Positions 1-13,269 of a DNA stretch of 64,000 nucleotides are shown here, piece by piece (the first letter of the stretch is position 1; every line of letters begins with the position of its first letter). Under the pieces are notes generated by a model. The model was not told the DNA's origin. It saw only the letters and a list, made by a program, of their open reading frames with translations, and did no database searches. Source of the DNA: Eledone cirrhosa (taxonomy: Eukaryota); assembly GCA_964016885.1 (NCBI GenBank), contig OZ024751.1, positions 47,058,001 to 47,122,000 on the forward strand, given 5' to 3'. Both the position numbers and the translations under genes were made by a program.

Positions 1-13
1 TACATGTGTCAGT

Positions 14-212
14 CGATCGACTTTCGTCAAATCGGACTGAGGAAACAATGTTTCCATTGGTCTTTCCAATTGCTAGTACTATCTATCGGTCGAAACTACT
101 GGTAGAAGGAGCAACGTGAAATATAGTGTCTTGCTCAAGGACATAACGCATCGCCCGGTCCGGGAATCGAACTCACAACCTTTGCAAATCCAATCCTCTA
201 ACCACTCAGTCA
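14..212 (-). mobile_element. tRNA-derived SINE (same family as 36835-37061)
   Basis: Reverse strand shows A-box-like TGACTGAGTGG, B-box GAGTTCGATTCC and TGTCCTTGAGCAAGACAC core; near-identical to 36845-37050. Confidence 0.85.
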
Positions 213-429
213 CAGGTATTAAATTCAAAAGATCTAACCATTCTAAAACTAAAAAGCCCAGCTAAGGGCACAAATAAAGGGCTACGGCCGTCGCTGGTTT
301 TGTATCATTGTTAGGAAATAATTATTATAACCAGCAAGAGATCCACCAAGTGGTACACCAAGCTGCTAAATATAGGCACGAATTCTCCCTCAATGGAAGG
401 AGACATTGGATAATGAAGGTGGAGCTATA

Positions 430-1050
430 CATGTTGGCGTGTGTTATTATGTTTAGTGTCTGTGTACGTATGTGCCATCTATGTGTTTATGTGTGTTTAT
501 GCCTGTGTATATTGTTGTGAATGTGGTGCGCGCACGTGTTATACATATGTTTATATGGCGTGTGCGGTGTATGCTTGTGTGTATGTGTAAGTGTGTGTGT
601 ATGTTTGTGTTTGTGTGTGTGTTGTGTGCGTATGTGCGTGTATGTGGTGTGTTGCGTGGTGAGTGTGTGATTATGTATGTGATGTGTTGTGTGTATGTGG
701 GTATTTGTGGATGTTTGTGTGTAATGTGTTGTGTGATGTGCATGTGTGTGTGTGTGTAAAAGTATATTTGTATAAGTGTGTATTTGTGTGTGTGTGTGTA
801 AGAGTGTATTTGTGTAAGTGTGTGTGTGTGTGTGTGCGTGTGTGAGCATGTATATACGTCTGTGCGTATGTGTATGTGTATACGACTATGTGTATGCGTG
901 TATGTGCATACATCTTTGTGTATCTGTATACGTCTATGTGTATGTGTGTATGATGTGTAATGAGTGCTGTGGTGTGCGTGTATCTGTGTACATGTGTGTA
1001 TATATATATATATATGCATGTATGTGATGTATGTATGCGGTGTGTATAGT
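430..1050. repeat. Degenerate (TG)n microsatellite
   Basis: Direct inspection. Confidence 0.9.
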
Positions 1051-1516
1051 AGAAGGAGAGTATTTTAAACCGGTTGACCAGTGTCTATTTCCTAGCCCCT
1101 CTGTCAACCAACCGTGACCCCACACTTACTTTACAGTCGCCTCATTTAACACTGTACATTTACCGAAAATATATACACCCGTTCCTATATATATATATAT
1201 ATACATTCGTTCTTCCGTTCATGTTTAGTGTTGCTGTTGTTGTTATTGTACCAATGTTGTGTTCTACATATTGTTGACGTGGTTGTTGTTGTCTTATTTA
1301 TTTGTTTGCTGGTATTGTCCCGAACTCTCTCTGTCGGTCTGTATGTATGTATGTGTGTGTGTATGTATGTATGTGTCTATGTATATGTGTCTGCATGCAT
1401 GTATGCATACATGCATTTATGTATGTATATATGTATATATGTATATATGTATATATGTATATATGTGTGTTTGTATGCAAGAGAAAAAAAAAACATTTAT
1501 TCAGTCATCTTGGAGA

Positions 1517-1547
<31 letters not shown>

Positions 1548-1582
1548 CGTGTGTGTGTCTGTATGTGTGTGTGTGTGTGCAA

Positions 1583-1783
1583 GAAAAGAGTCAGGACCCC
1601 GACGGCTGAGCTCCGGACGTTTCGACAGCTAGATCCGAACCGTTCGGATCTACCTGTCGAAACGGCCGGAGCTCAGCCGTAGGGGTCCTGACTCTTTTCC
1701 TGTTACCCACTCTACTACCCTAAGTACCGAGTACTCTGTCTGGTGCGTTAGGGTCCACCTGGTTCCTTACCATACCTCCTTCG

Positions 1784-1786
<3 letters not shown>
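1583..1786 (+). mobile_element. Family A short element, fold-back copy carrying the 3' half of a hammerhead motif
   Basis: Palindrome centred about 1641; GAAACGGC-CGGAGCTCA-GCCGTA|GGGGTC; shared tail ACCCACTCTACTACCCTAAG...CCTTCGTTA running into (TA)n. Confidence 0.8.
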
Positions 1787-1827
<41 letters not shown>

Positions 1828-1830
<3 letters not shown>

Positions 1831-2092
1831 GAGGTTATATTTAATTTGTTGGGATTCAACAAGCTTAAACATTTTTATAACTGATATAAAGCACTCAACA
1901 AGTTACTATCTCCACTATCCAGGAAGCTCCAACCGTTAAGGTTGTCTTTTTTCCGGGTATGTCAATATTTATTTATAAAACAAATCTGTATTTTATCTGA
2001 TGAAAGCGCACCATAATTTGCCTCGGTTGCCCTTGAAATATGTATAATAAAATAAATATGGTTTTATAAATATAGTTTCCATTTATTAATAT

Positions 2093-2098
<6 letters not shown>
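1828..2098 (+). mobile_element. Family B short element in (TA)n
   Basis: Homologous to 3098-3268, 34290-34468, 52470-52625 and 57590-58050. Confidence 0.8.
1989..2054 (+). ncRNA. Hammerhead ribozyme motif, family B
   Basis: TATTTTAT-CTGATGA-stem II-GAAA-TATGTA-TA-ATAAAATA; 8-bp stem I. Confidence 0.7.
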
Positions 2099-2154
<56 letters not shown>

Positions 2155-2169
2155 CATATATATATATAT

Positions 2170-2425
2170 TCTTCAAACTTACATCTTAGACTTAGCTCCG
2201 TTTAATTGATTATTTATCTAGTTAATGTCTACAGACTAAGAGGAAAGCCTGGGTAAATGTTATCTGACTGTTCCTCATAGAGGAATATCGTTAACATTTA
2301 TCTGTTATTTCTTCAACTTACATTTTAAACTTAGCTCCGTTTAAATGATTATTTATCTGGTTGATTTCTACGGACTAAGAAGAAAAAATTGGATAAATTT
2401 TGTCTGATTATTCTCCAAACTTATA
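2170..2425. repeat. Diverged tandem duplication, unit about 140 bp
   Basis: ACTTACAT...ACTTAGCTCCGTTTAA.TGATTATTTATCT at about 2177 and about 2316. Confidence 0.7.
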
Positions 2426-2459
2426 ATTTTATATATATCTATCTAAGGCGGGTAAAATT

Positions 2460-2700
2460 CCCGAGATCCATGGACGAGTTCTCTCCAGCGGTCTCTGTCC
2501 CTCATTATCGCTGCCATATCCTGCATCCCAAAAGTCAGCTCAAAAGTGACACAGAGGAGACTGAGGTTGGCTGGACATGCTCACCGACATCCAGAGTTGA
2601 CATTGCACTCAGTGCTCCTTTTGGAGCCCCTACATGGACACACTGGAAGAGGAAGACCAAGGTTAACATATGTTGATGCCCTAAGGACAGACACTGGTCT
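2460..2700 (+). pseudogene. LINE (RTE/RTE-X-like) ORF C-terminal fragment
   Basis: RRLRLAGHAHRHPE...LLLEPLHGHTGRGRPRLTYVDAL matches the typical LINE C-terminus. Confidence 0.75.
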
Positions 2701-2906
2701 GTTTATATATATATATATATATAATTATAAGAAACGAAAGGAGCTGTGTGGTTACTGTAAACAAAGTTTAAGATGGTAGTATGTACGAAACAAGAGAAGA
2801 AAAGAAATCCTTCATCAGCTGTAAAACCGAGATCACGATGTTTCGGCTCTTAATACAGGACATCTAAAAGCGATATATATATATTTAAAAAATATTGATG
2901 TAATTC

Positions 2907-2940
<34 letters not shown>

Positions 2941-3034
2941 GATAATAATGGAGCTACGGCGTTGCAAATGGGTTACATATGAAAAAGTTTGTCCTTCATC
3001 AGTGGTCTTCCAACCGTCCTAGGCATTTCATCGC

Positions 3035-3098
<64 letters not shown>

Positions 3099-3353
3099 TA
3101 CCCAAGGAAAATTCAACTGATGTTTCCTTGGCTATGTCAAAATTTATAAAACATACTTCGTATTTTATCTGATGAAAGCGTGCCAAAGTTTTTGGTACCC
3201 CTGAAATAGATATAATAGAATAAATATGGTTTTATGAATATAGTTTCCATTTATTTAATATCATTGTATAGAAATGCCTGGGACGGTTGGAGGGTCACTG
3301 ATGAAGGACTTACTTTTTCATATGCACCACCATTTGCAACGCGCAGCCATCAT

Positions 3354-3358
<5 letters not shown>
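2941..3358. mobile_element. Two inverted copies (2941-3036 minus, 3271-3358 plus) of a CTGATGA-bearing short element related to 23661-24251
   Basis: Shared GAAATGCCT.GGACGGTTGGA.G..CACTGATGAAGGAC...CCATTTGCAACGC. Confidence 0.7.
3161..3222 (+). ncRNA. Hammerhead ribozyme motif, family B (element 3098-3268)
   Basis: TATTTTAT-CTGATGA-AAGCGTGCCAAAGTTTTTGGTACCCCT-GAAA-TAGATA-TA-ATAGAATA. Confidence 0.7.
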
Positions 3359-3391
<33 letters not shown>

Positions 3392-3396
<5 letters not shown>

Positions 3397-3612
3397 AAAG
3401 TCTGTTTCGGAGGCTCACCAGGCCGGTGCTTATCCCAGTTCCCGACCATCGCATAGTTAAACCCCCAGCTATTACTGGTACTCATTTTTAGATGAGTATA
3501 CTGAAGCAACATGAAATGAAGTATTTTGCTCAAGAACACAACACACAACCCACTCCAGGTATCGAACTCATGACATTATGATTGCAAGTCCAACACACTT
3601 AACACAAGGCCT
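3392..3612 (-). mobile_element. tRNA-derived SINE, diverged
   Basis: Reverse B-box GAGTTCGATACC, TGTTCTTGAGCAAAATAC core, GAGTACCAGT motif. Confidence 0.7.
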
Positions 3613-4117
3613 CCACTATATATATAATATACATATTCTTTAAATTATTAATTATTTTATGTGTTTCAATCGTTGGGCTGAGGTCATTCTGGGGCACTAC
3701 CTTTAAATATTTTATTCGATCATATAGACCCGAGTACTTATTGGGGTGGGGTTAGGGTCAATGTAAGGGTGTAGATTCAGTGATGGACGAATAACAATGG
3801 AATGTGGTGGTGTTTGTGTATGTGGTGTTGGTAGTGCTGGTGGTGTTGGTACTGATTGATTGCGGTAGTGGTGTTGGTGTTGGTGATAATGGTGTTGGTT
3901 GTGGTGGTTGTGGTGGTGGTGGTGGTGGTAGTGGTGGCGACAGTCATCATAGTTGGGATCAATGAAATCTTGTCTCCATGCCTGGCGTCCCAATGTCCTC
4001 TACGGTCATTTAAACCTCTTCAATTGTTTCACCCCTTATTTCCTTTCCATCTGTTAAAACCTCACAATTCAGGAAACATCTCTTCCTCTCTCTCTATCTC
4101 TCCCTCTCTCTCTCTTG

Positions 4118-4149
<32 letters not shown>

Positions 4150-4212
4150 CTCTCCCTCTCTCACATACACACACACTCTCTCTCTCTCTCTCTCTTTTCT
4201 CCCAACCCTCTT

Positions 4213-4369
<157 letters not shown>

Positions 4370-4523
4370 TTCTCTTTCTCTCTTTTTTCCCCAAACTCTT
4401 TCTTTCTTTCTTTAGCTTTCTTTCTCAATTTCTCTCTTTCTCGCTCTCCATCTCTTTCTTTCTCTCTCCCGATCTCTTACTCCGTCTTTCTATCCCTCTC
4501 TCTCTTTCTTTCTTTCTTTCTTT

Positions 4524-4555
<32 letters not shown>

Positions 4556-4839
4556 CGCTCTCTGCGTGCTTGTGTGTGTACGTGGTTGTGAATGTGTGTG
4601 TGGGAGCGTCTGTGTTTGCGAATGTGTATACCAGTGCATGTGTATACCAATGGTCGTGTTGCGTTTGCGTGTGTGTGTGCTTGTGGGTGTGTATGTGTGT
4701 GTGAGTGTATGTTTGCGAATGTATGTGCGTGTGTGTATCAATACTTGTATGCGTGTGTGTATGTGTGTGTGCAAAAAGTAAACAGAAATAACAAGGCAAA
4801 CGACATAGTAAAAAACCGCTTAATGTAATAGGAAAATAG

Positions 4840-4875
4840 TCTTTACGTTTCAGACAGTAGTCCGTCATCAGAAGA
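4840..4875 (-). ncRNA. Minimal type I hammerhead ribozyme
   Basis: Minus strand TCTT-CTGATGA-CGGAC-TACT-GTCT-GAAAC-GTA-AAGA: intact core, stems I and II, GUA site. Confidence 0.85.
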
Positions 4876-5018
4876 TAGAATGGGAAATAAAAGGTGAAAT
4901 AGAAAGAGATAGAGAGTGAGAGGAGGAAGGAACGTAAAAAAAGCTTTTTTTAAGGAAAAAGCACACGTGTGTATTCATTCAGTCATTTTAGAGAATATAT
5001 ATATATATATATATATAT

Positions 5019-5546
5019 ATAATAAAAGTATGTGTTCCTACATGTAAATAATACACATAGGGATACAAGTATAGTCCGACCGTATGCCAGTGTGGTTCAA
5101 TGGCAAGTTAATAAATTAACAAGCCAGAACATATAAAATCAAGGGAAAGCAAATAAAGAAAAAATTTTAAAATGAATTTTTAAAAATTCACTGTACTTAC
5201 TATATGTGCCTTTACCGCGGTTTCAGATCCCAAATAAATAAATAATCCAGATTACCATTGAGAAATAGATCATCGTCAGAAGGCTTTTCTGTAAAAGGAG
5301 AATATAAAATTCCCGAGTTCAAATTACAAACTGGCACCATACAAAACTACCTCAGAATGAGAGTAAATGAATGATAAAACAATGTTGTCTAGTACCGTGT
5401 GCAAAGACAGAAAGCAAGGTGGACAGGTCAATCTCTTGCTACTAAAAATAACAGCCGTTCAAATGACCAAAGGTTTCTCTACCATTGGGGAGAATAATAA
5501 TAAAAGTATGTGTTCCTACATGTAAATAATACACATAGGGATACAA
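5019..5546 (-). mobile_element. Non-coding HHR element with 50-bp terminal direct repeat (478-bp unit); retrozyme-like or non-autonomous PLE
   Basis: ATAATAAAAGTATGTGTTCCTACATGTAAATAATACACATAGGGATACAA at 5019 and 5497; internal HHR; (TA)n flank. Confidence 0.75.
5208..5284 (-). ncRNA. Type I hammerhead ribozyme with long loop II and palindromic stem III
   Basis: GCCTT-CTGACGA-TGATCT...GGATCT-GAAA-CCGCGG-TA-AAGGC. Confidence 0.85.
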
Positions 5547-5550
5547 ATAT

Positions 5551-5673
5551 ATAACGAAGAGGTGTGGTAAGGAACCAGATGGACCATAACACACCAGAGT
5601 ACTCAATAGTTAGGGTAGTAAAGAAATAGCCGTCGAAACGGCTTGAGCTCTGCCGTCGGGGTCAAACATTTTC
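5551..5673. mobile_element. Family A rearranged copy (inverted tail joined to half HHR)
   Basis: Reverse complement of the family A tail, then AGAAATAGCCGTCGAAACGGCTTGAGCTCTGCCGTCGGGGTC. Confidence 0.75.
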
Positions 5674-5732
<59 letters not shown>

Positions 5733-5753
5733 CATATATATAACCCTGACCAG

Positions 5754-5796
5754 TACGCGCTGAAGATCCGCTAAGGTGAAACAATTGTTCTCGGTA
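5754..5796 (+). ncRNA. Hammerhead-like motif with degenerate stem I
   Basis: CTGAAGA-TCC-GCTAA-GGT-GAAA-CAATTG-TT within an 80-bp island in (TA)n. Confidence 0.55.
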
Positions 5797-5821
5797 TGGT
5801 GAACTAACTGTTGTGTTACCA

Positions 5822-5874
<53 letters not shown>

Positions 5875-5919
5875 CTCTTTTACTCTTTTACCTGTTCCAG
5901 CCATCATGCTGAGGCCATG

Positions 5920-5987
<68 letters not shown>

Positions 5988-6567
5988 ACGTTGTATTATA
6001 TTGTCTTGCTTGTTTGAAATATTCCCCCATCTCCTAAACTGTTGGCACCTAAAATGTCTGACAATAGAACAAGCTGAAAGTGTCAAAAATATCCTTAGAA
6101 ATCAGTCTGTCACTTTGACAAATATAATAACACAATCAGACAATCACATTGACAAGAAATGACTTCTATTTTTTTTTTTTTTTTTAAATGATAGAGAGAG
6201 GGGACATAACTATGCTGGTTATATAACAACACTGCAGCCCGCATTTAACTTCGTCCATGTTAAAAACAAAAATTAACTTTTGTTTACTATTTTCTTTTTG
6301 ATTATTTTTAAATTTCTTTCTTTCATTAGTATTTATTTTTTTTTGCCTGTTTTCATTTGGTTCATTCAAATTATCTCCCTTCGTTTAGTTGGGACATTCA
6401 CAGTTTTGTCATGGAAAAAGGGGGGGGGGACAATTGCAAGACTTTAAAAATAATTAACAAATATATCAAACAATAGATAAATTGATAAAAAAAAAACAAC
6501 TACGACAACAGCAACAACAACAACAACAATAATAATAATACTAATAACAATAATAATAATAATAATA

Positions 6568-6730
6568 GTTTCTACTTTTGGCACAAGCCAGCAATTATCC
6601 CAGTGTATTACTGGTACTTTATTTTAGCGATCCCGTAAGGCGGGATTTGAACTCAGACCGTAAAGGGCCGTAACTCTTTGCTGGAAAGCATGGCGTCCGA
6701 CCCTCTACCGATACTGCCAATCCACCGCCC
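6568..6730 (-). mobile_element. tRNA-derived SINE (octopod-type family)
   Basis: Reverse strand GGCGGTGGATTGGCAGTATCGGTAGAG...CTGAGTTCAAATCCCGCC...AAGTACCAGT; (TAA)n tail. Confidence 0.85.
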
Positions 6731-6765
<35 letters not shown>

Positions 6766-7479
6766 TCAGCTTGGACGCCTATAACGAAGCGCCCCATAAG
6801 GTTTGACACGACATCGCCATAACAAAAATGAATTCAATAAAAAAAATAACCAAAAAAACCCCACGAAGATGTATATACTAGACAAGAACCAAATACTACT
6901 CCCCCCCCCCAAAAAAAAAAAATTTTATATATGGCTTGTTGTTATCATATAAAATCCTTTGTTGTTATTGGAAACACGTGCAGGAAATGCAACCAGTGTC
7001 TAGAAACCCCGAAAAATGTAAATGACCTTATGTAAGTAACACTCATAAATTTCTCGATTGTTGATATTTTACAAGTGCTCATATTATTAATACACGCGCG
7101 TAACGAAAGTTGGATGAAAAAAAAAACAAAAAAACAGTCATATACAAACATAATCAATAAATATAAAACATATAAACATCGTATAATTCTGTTGGAAAAC
7201 TAATAAAAAAAAATACGTGAATCCGTACTTTAAATTTAAGGCAAAAAAAGTACGAAGACCCATGCGGGCAAAAGCCTACAAACATAGATATTAAAAAAAA
7301 AAAAATAAAAAAATAAGTACTCGACGAAGATGATATTTTAAAAGAAGGGCTGGAGAAAAATTAACCCACACCCTGCCTTAAAACTCGATACCAACAAACA
7401 AACAAACCTAAAGAAATATATGGTAAAAACGAAGAAATGTCAAATATTTTCTCAGGTGATATAAACCTCAGTAGGGAGC

Positions 7480-8340
7480 TATTGCCAGGAAAATGGATAA
7501 ACGTGAATTGTGGAGGGACTTTGTCAGGAATCATTATGTACAGGTCTGTTTAGAACAAAGAGCACATCACCTGAACAAATGTGGAAAAACATTACAACAA
7601 AGACAGTGTCTATCACATTGAAAAAAGCAAGCAACTGGAAGGCACCGGGGCATGACAATGTCTCAAACATTTGGTTGAAATATTTAACAGGAACATTTGG
7701 GTTTCTTACAGAAAATTTTAGTGAGATGTTGACTGAGGAAGAAATAAAACCTGACAGGCTCACTAAGGTAAAAAAAACCTCCTTGACGTCCAAGAATAGT
7801 AACACTGCAATCCCCCCAAAACTACAAACTCATAACATGCCTTCCTAAAACCTACAAGACATTAACTGCAGTATCGGTAGAGGGTCGGACGCCATGCTTT
7901 GACGCATAGAGTTACGGCCCTTGCCATTCTGAGTTCAAATCCCGCCGAGGTTAACTTTGCCATTCATCCTTACGGGGTCGATAAAATAAAGTACCAGTAA
8001 TGCACTGGGTAATTGCTGGCCTTGTGCCAATAGTAGAAACAATTAATAATTAGAAAATAACGGTGGGATTTGATAACCTCGGTGGGATTTGAACTCAGAA
8101 TGGAAAGAGCCGTAACTCTATGCGTCAAAGCATGGTGTCCGACCCTCTACCAATCGACTGCCCTAAGACATGGAAAAACAACAGACTGTTTCCAGTAGAG
8201 CAGAAAGAATGCTGTAAAGGTTCATAGGGCTTCAAAATCAATTCCTAGCCAACAAAGATATAACAGAAAGCTGCAAAAACGAAAAAGATCTCAGAATGGC
8301 AGGGATTGATTACCAGAAGGCTTTTGGCAGTGTTCCCTCC
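7480..8340 (+). pseudogene. R4/Dong-type non-LTR retrotransposon RT fragment interrupted by SINEs
   Basis: NWKAPGHDNVSNIWLK; NYKLITCLPKTYKTLT; LFPVEQKECCKGS*GFK; MAGIDYQKAFGSVP, across frameshifts. Confidence 0.75.
7868..8163. mobile_element. Inverted SINE pair (plus copy 7868-8045, minus head 8060-8163)
   Basis: GCAGTATCGGTAGAGGGTCGGAC... versus ...GTCCGACCCTCTACCAATCGACTGC. Confidence 0.8.
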
Positions 8341-8449
8341 ACACATAGATACAGATGCTCTGGGAATGATAAAAAAAAAAGACACACATATAACTACATA
8401 ACCAAAACCTCAGGTCTTACAAAAAGTGTTTGCTATGGTTGCTTCTGTT

Positions 8450-8538
<89 letters not shown>

Positions 8539-8749
8539 TCTTGTTGTTATTGTGTGGTGATGTAAAACGTTTCTCTATGATTTCCCAACCAACAGTTTCC
8601 AATATCGCATTGAAAACAACCTAACAGACACTCCCTATTAACAAGACATCTAAAAGTCGGCAAAACATTTGTGGGTCGTGATCTACAGAGTGTAGGGAGG
8701 TGACGGGCGTGGTCCGTGTGGAAAAGTCTGCGGTTGTTTGTTTGTTTGT

Positions 8750-9205
8750 TTGGTGGTAGAGGTGGTGGTGGTGGTGGTGGTGGTGGTGGTGGTAACGGTG
8801 GTGGGGGTGGGATGATGGTGGGGGGTGGAGAAGGAGGTTGTGTAGGTGATGATGGTGGTGGTTGTGGTAGTGGTGCCGGTGGTGAAGATGGTAGATGGTG
8901 GTGACGGTGGTTGCGGTGGTGGTGGTTGTGTAGGTGGTGTAGGTGGTGGTGGTGGTGTAGGTGATGTGGTGGTGGTGGTGGTTGTGGCGGTGCTGATGGT
9001 GGTGGTGGTGTAGGTGATAGTGGTAGTCGTGTAGGTGTTGGTGGTGGTGCTGGTGGTGAAGGTGGTAGTGGTGATGGTGGTGGTGGTCGTGGTGTAGGTG
9101 GTGGAGGAAGTTGTGTAGTTGGTGGTGATGGTGGTGGTGGTGGTGGTGGTGGTGGTGGTGCTGATGGTGTAGATGGTCGTGATGGTGACGGTGGTTGCGG
9201 TGGTG
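8750..9205. repeat. (GGT)n-type low-complexity repeat
   Basis: Direct inspection. Confidence 0.9.
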
Positions 9206-9724
9206 TAGAGAAGTTTTGCATGGCAAAGGCGTTTGTTCGTGGAATTGGTGGCGTAAGAAAAGGTGAGATGAAGCAAAGAGGAAAAAGAATTGTTGGCAGT
9301 AGCGGTGGTGTAAGGTAATTATGATAGAGTGGAGGTGGTCACAGTGGGATTGATAGTGGGTGGAGTTGGGAAGAGGATGCTGGAGTGAGGTGGGGGCGGT
9401 GTTGGTTGGTGAACTGAAGAAACAACAAATGGGTTTAAAAACGAAACTGAACAACGTGACATTGGATTCCCGCTCAATTAAACTCTCGACAAAACAAATA
9501 CCACACCTCCCATTTACATCGCTACCACTAGGCCGCCACAGCTACCACCACCACCAACACCACCACCACCACCACCACCACCGTCATCTCCAGCACAACC
9601 AATACCACCACCAATACCACCACCACCACAACCACCACCACCACTACACACCATTTACATCGCTACCACTCCACCAACACCACCCCACATATCTACGATC
9701 TTTTTATCTCGTATATATATATAT

Positions 9725-9789
<65 letters not shown>

Positions 9790-9793
<4 letters not shown>

Positions 9794-9910
9794 AAAGTTT
9801 CTGGACCCCGACGGCTGAGCTCCGGCCATTTCGACAGCTAGATCCGAGCAGTCCAGATCTAGCTGTCGAAACTGCTGGAGTTCAGCCGTCGGGATCCTGA
9901 ATCTTTTTAT
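9790..9910. mobile_element. Family A symmetric fold-back copy
   Basis: GACCCCGACGGCTGAGCTC...GACAGCTAGATC/GATCTAGCTGTC GAAAC...GCCGTCGGG. Confidence 0.8.
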
Positions 9911-10379
9911 ATATAGATATAGATATATACATAGAAATAACTTCTACATGACTTCAACTGTTTCATTCGTATGAAATCATCATTCCAGATGATTTCAATG
10001 TAAGAGGTGTTAGCAATTGAAATACAGGTAGAGTCTATCTGATGGACTTTCGTAGCTTCCGTCAAACTAATATCATTTCGCCAGGCTTGGTTTAACTCTA
10101 TATATTATGGTAACACCTGGGATCTCTTCATTGCGAAGCAAGCTCTTTCACAACTTACCCATGCCTACGTCAAAATATATATATATAGTATTAAGGATAC
10201 TATTTATGGTTATGTATATACTAAAACCTTTTATAGGTATATATATTTTAAACCCTAAACAGTGAAAGACAGGAATTTATTACTACCTTATTACCAGTAA
10301 GATAAATAGCTCAATGTAATAACAATTGTAAGCGAATAAATGATTTGAACGGCCCTTTGATTCATGTAATTTCTATATA

Positions 10380-10431
<52 letters not shown>

Positions 10432-10436
<5 letters not shown>

Positions 10437-10624
10437 AACCAATAAGACCCCGACGGCTGAGCTCAAGCCGTTTCGACGGCTAATTCTGGACAAGAATTAG
10501 CCGTCGAAACGGCTTGAGCTCAGCCGTCGGGGTCTTATTGGTTCCTATTACCCACTCTACTACCCTAAGTATTGAGTACTTTGGTGCGTTATGGTCCACC
10601 TGGTTCCTTACCACATTTCCTTCG

Positions 10625-10626
<2 letters not shown>
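10432..10626 (+). mobile_element. Family A fold-back copy
   Basis: Perfect arms 10432-10548 around the loop GGACA, followed by the family tail; (TA)n on both sides. Confidence 0.85.
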
Positions 10627-10674
<48 letters not shown>

Positions 10675-10677
<3 letters not shown>

Positions 10678-10834
10678 TATTTAATATACAAAGGCTTCTA
10701 CAGGACTAGAACTGTTTCATTCCGGAGAAATCATCAGGAATGAAACATTTCTAGTCCTGTAGAAGCTTTTCTATATGAGATATTTATACTCTGCGCATAT
10801 TTATACTGTGGTTACCCCGATTGAACCCGGAATA

Positions 10835-10835
<1 letters not shown>
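10675..10835. mobile_element. Family C fold-back copy with HHR-like core on the minus strand
   Basis: Minus strand CCTGATGA-TTTC-TCCG-GAAT-GAAACAGTTCTA; relatives at 9930-10000, 14700-14850 and 21860-21920. Confidence 0.65.
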
Positions 10836-10876
<41 letters not shown>

Positions 10877-11098
10877 TATTTATTAGAATGGTGTTGAACT
10901 ATTTTGGGGATACCCTGTATATATATATATATATACATTCACACACACTCACGAGAAAGGCACATCTGTCCATTTTTTTTCGTCCCCAAGGGATACTTTA
11001 TTCGGGGTACTCGTCTTCAGGGGTACTTTTTTTCAGCTATCATCCATAATAATCGACAATTAATTTTGTGATTTGTGTTGGGACGCACACATTTCATA

Positions 11099-11146
<48 letters not shown>

Positions 11147-11276
11147 CACACAGAGTTTGACTTATGCCAAAGCCTCCAAAAGAGATGTTTCGTATATTAA
11201 TAACAATTTTTTTCTTTTTCTGTTGGTTATATATATATACACACACATATATATGTATATATATGTGTATATATAA

Positions 11277-11315
<39 letters not shown>

Positions 11316-11489
11316 TATATATGTATATATATGTGTATATTTAAATATATATATATATATATATATGCATATATATATGTGTGTGTGTATATATACATAA
11401 ATATGTGTATATATAAATATATATATATATATGCATATATATGTGTATATATACATATATATGTGTATATATATATACTATATATGTGT

Positions 11490-11523
<34 letters not shown>

Positions 11524-11589
11524 ATGCATATATACGTATATATATACATATATATATGCATTTATATATATATATGCATATATATATAT

Positions 11590-11665
<76 letters not shown>

Positions 11666-11746
11666 GCATATATATATATACATATATATATTTATATATA
11701 TGCATATATATATATATATATATGCATATATATATATATATATATA

Positions 11747-11798
<52 letters not shown>

Positions 11799-11959
11799 GG
11801 GTAGTGGTGACCGTGGTATATTATCTGGCTGTTTCTAGGCGGTAAAAAAAACAACTTATTAATGGGGGGGGGGGGCGGCTTTTTGTTTCACAAAATCAAA
11901 AGAAAAGAAAAACAAAAAACAAAATCAAAAGAAAAGAAATGAAAAAGAAAGATTAAAAA

Positions 11960-12020
<61 letters not shown>

Positions 12021-12359
12021 CTACCACCCTAGGAAAGAAAGAAAGAAAGAAAGATGTCACCCAAAACTAGAGGTCTTCGATTACAATTTGTTTTGTTACT
12101 GTTGCAGTGTACAAGTTCTTCTCCCACCCCTCCCCTTCCACCTCCTCCTTCTCCACCTACTCCTCTTCCTCCGCCCCCAAACGGCTTTGTGTCTTTGTCT
12201 TGTGTTTTTCCATGTTGATATAAGCTTTCTTTTCTTTTCAAAGGCGGATTGTATTTTCGTTATATTCTATTGTTCCAGTTGCGGTTCCTCCAGTAGTTGT
12301 CTCTTGTTGCTGTTGTTGTTGTTGTTACTGTTGTTACTACTACTGCTGTAGTTGTTGTT

Positions 12360-12390
<31 letters not shown>

Positions 12391-12493
12391 ATAATTGCTG
12401 CTGTGGAATTACACGGTGAGAGTGGTTTGAGTTGCCAAAACAATGCAGATTCCTTGATGATTTAATTAAAGGGTACTGCAAATGGGTGCGGGA

Positions 12494-12524
<31 letters not shown>

Positions 12525-12561
12525 AATGTGTATGTGTGTGCATGAGTGTGTGTGTGTGTGC

Positions 12562-12617
<56 letters not shown>

Positions 12618-12685
12618 ACATATATATATATATACAGAAACATATATATATATATATACACACATATATATATATATACATATAT

Positions 12686-12736
<51 letters not shown>

Positions 12737-12786
12737 CTCATATATATATATATGTATATTTATATATATATATATATATGTATATT

Positions 12787-12820
<34 letters not shown>

Positions 12821-12868
12821 ATATGTATATTTATATATATATAGATATTATATATATATATATATGTA

Positions 12869-12952
<84 letters not shown>

Positions 12953-13269
12953 ATATATTATATATATGCATGCACACATTTGTACTTACAAGGAACAGTT
13001 CTTTTCTTCTTTCATCCATGATATACTTAAAATCCAACTGTGTCATTTTACTTAAAGATTTTGTCATATTTTCCTTTCATTTGTTTATGTTTACGTTTAT
13101 CATCAAACAATAAAGTTCTTAAAATCTTTAATGTTTTAACACTGCCTTAGTCTCATTTATAAACCTAAATTAATAATTAAGTAATATGAAAAATATTAAA
13201 CACAAACAGATTCATGTTTATAATATAAAACTATAATAGTTTTTAACTATACATAATAAGTGAATAAAT

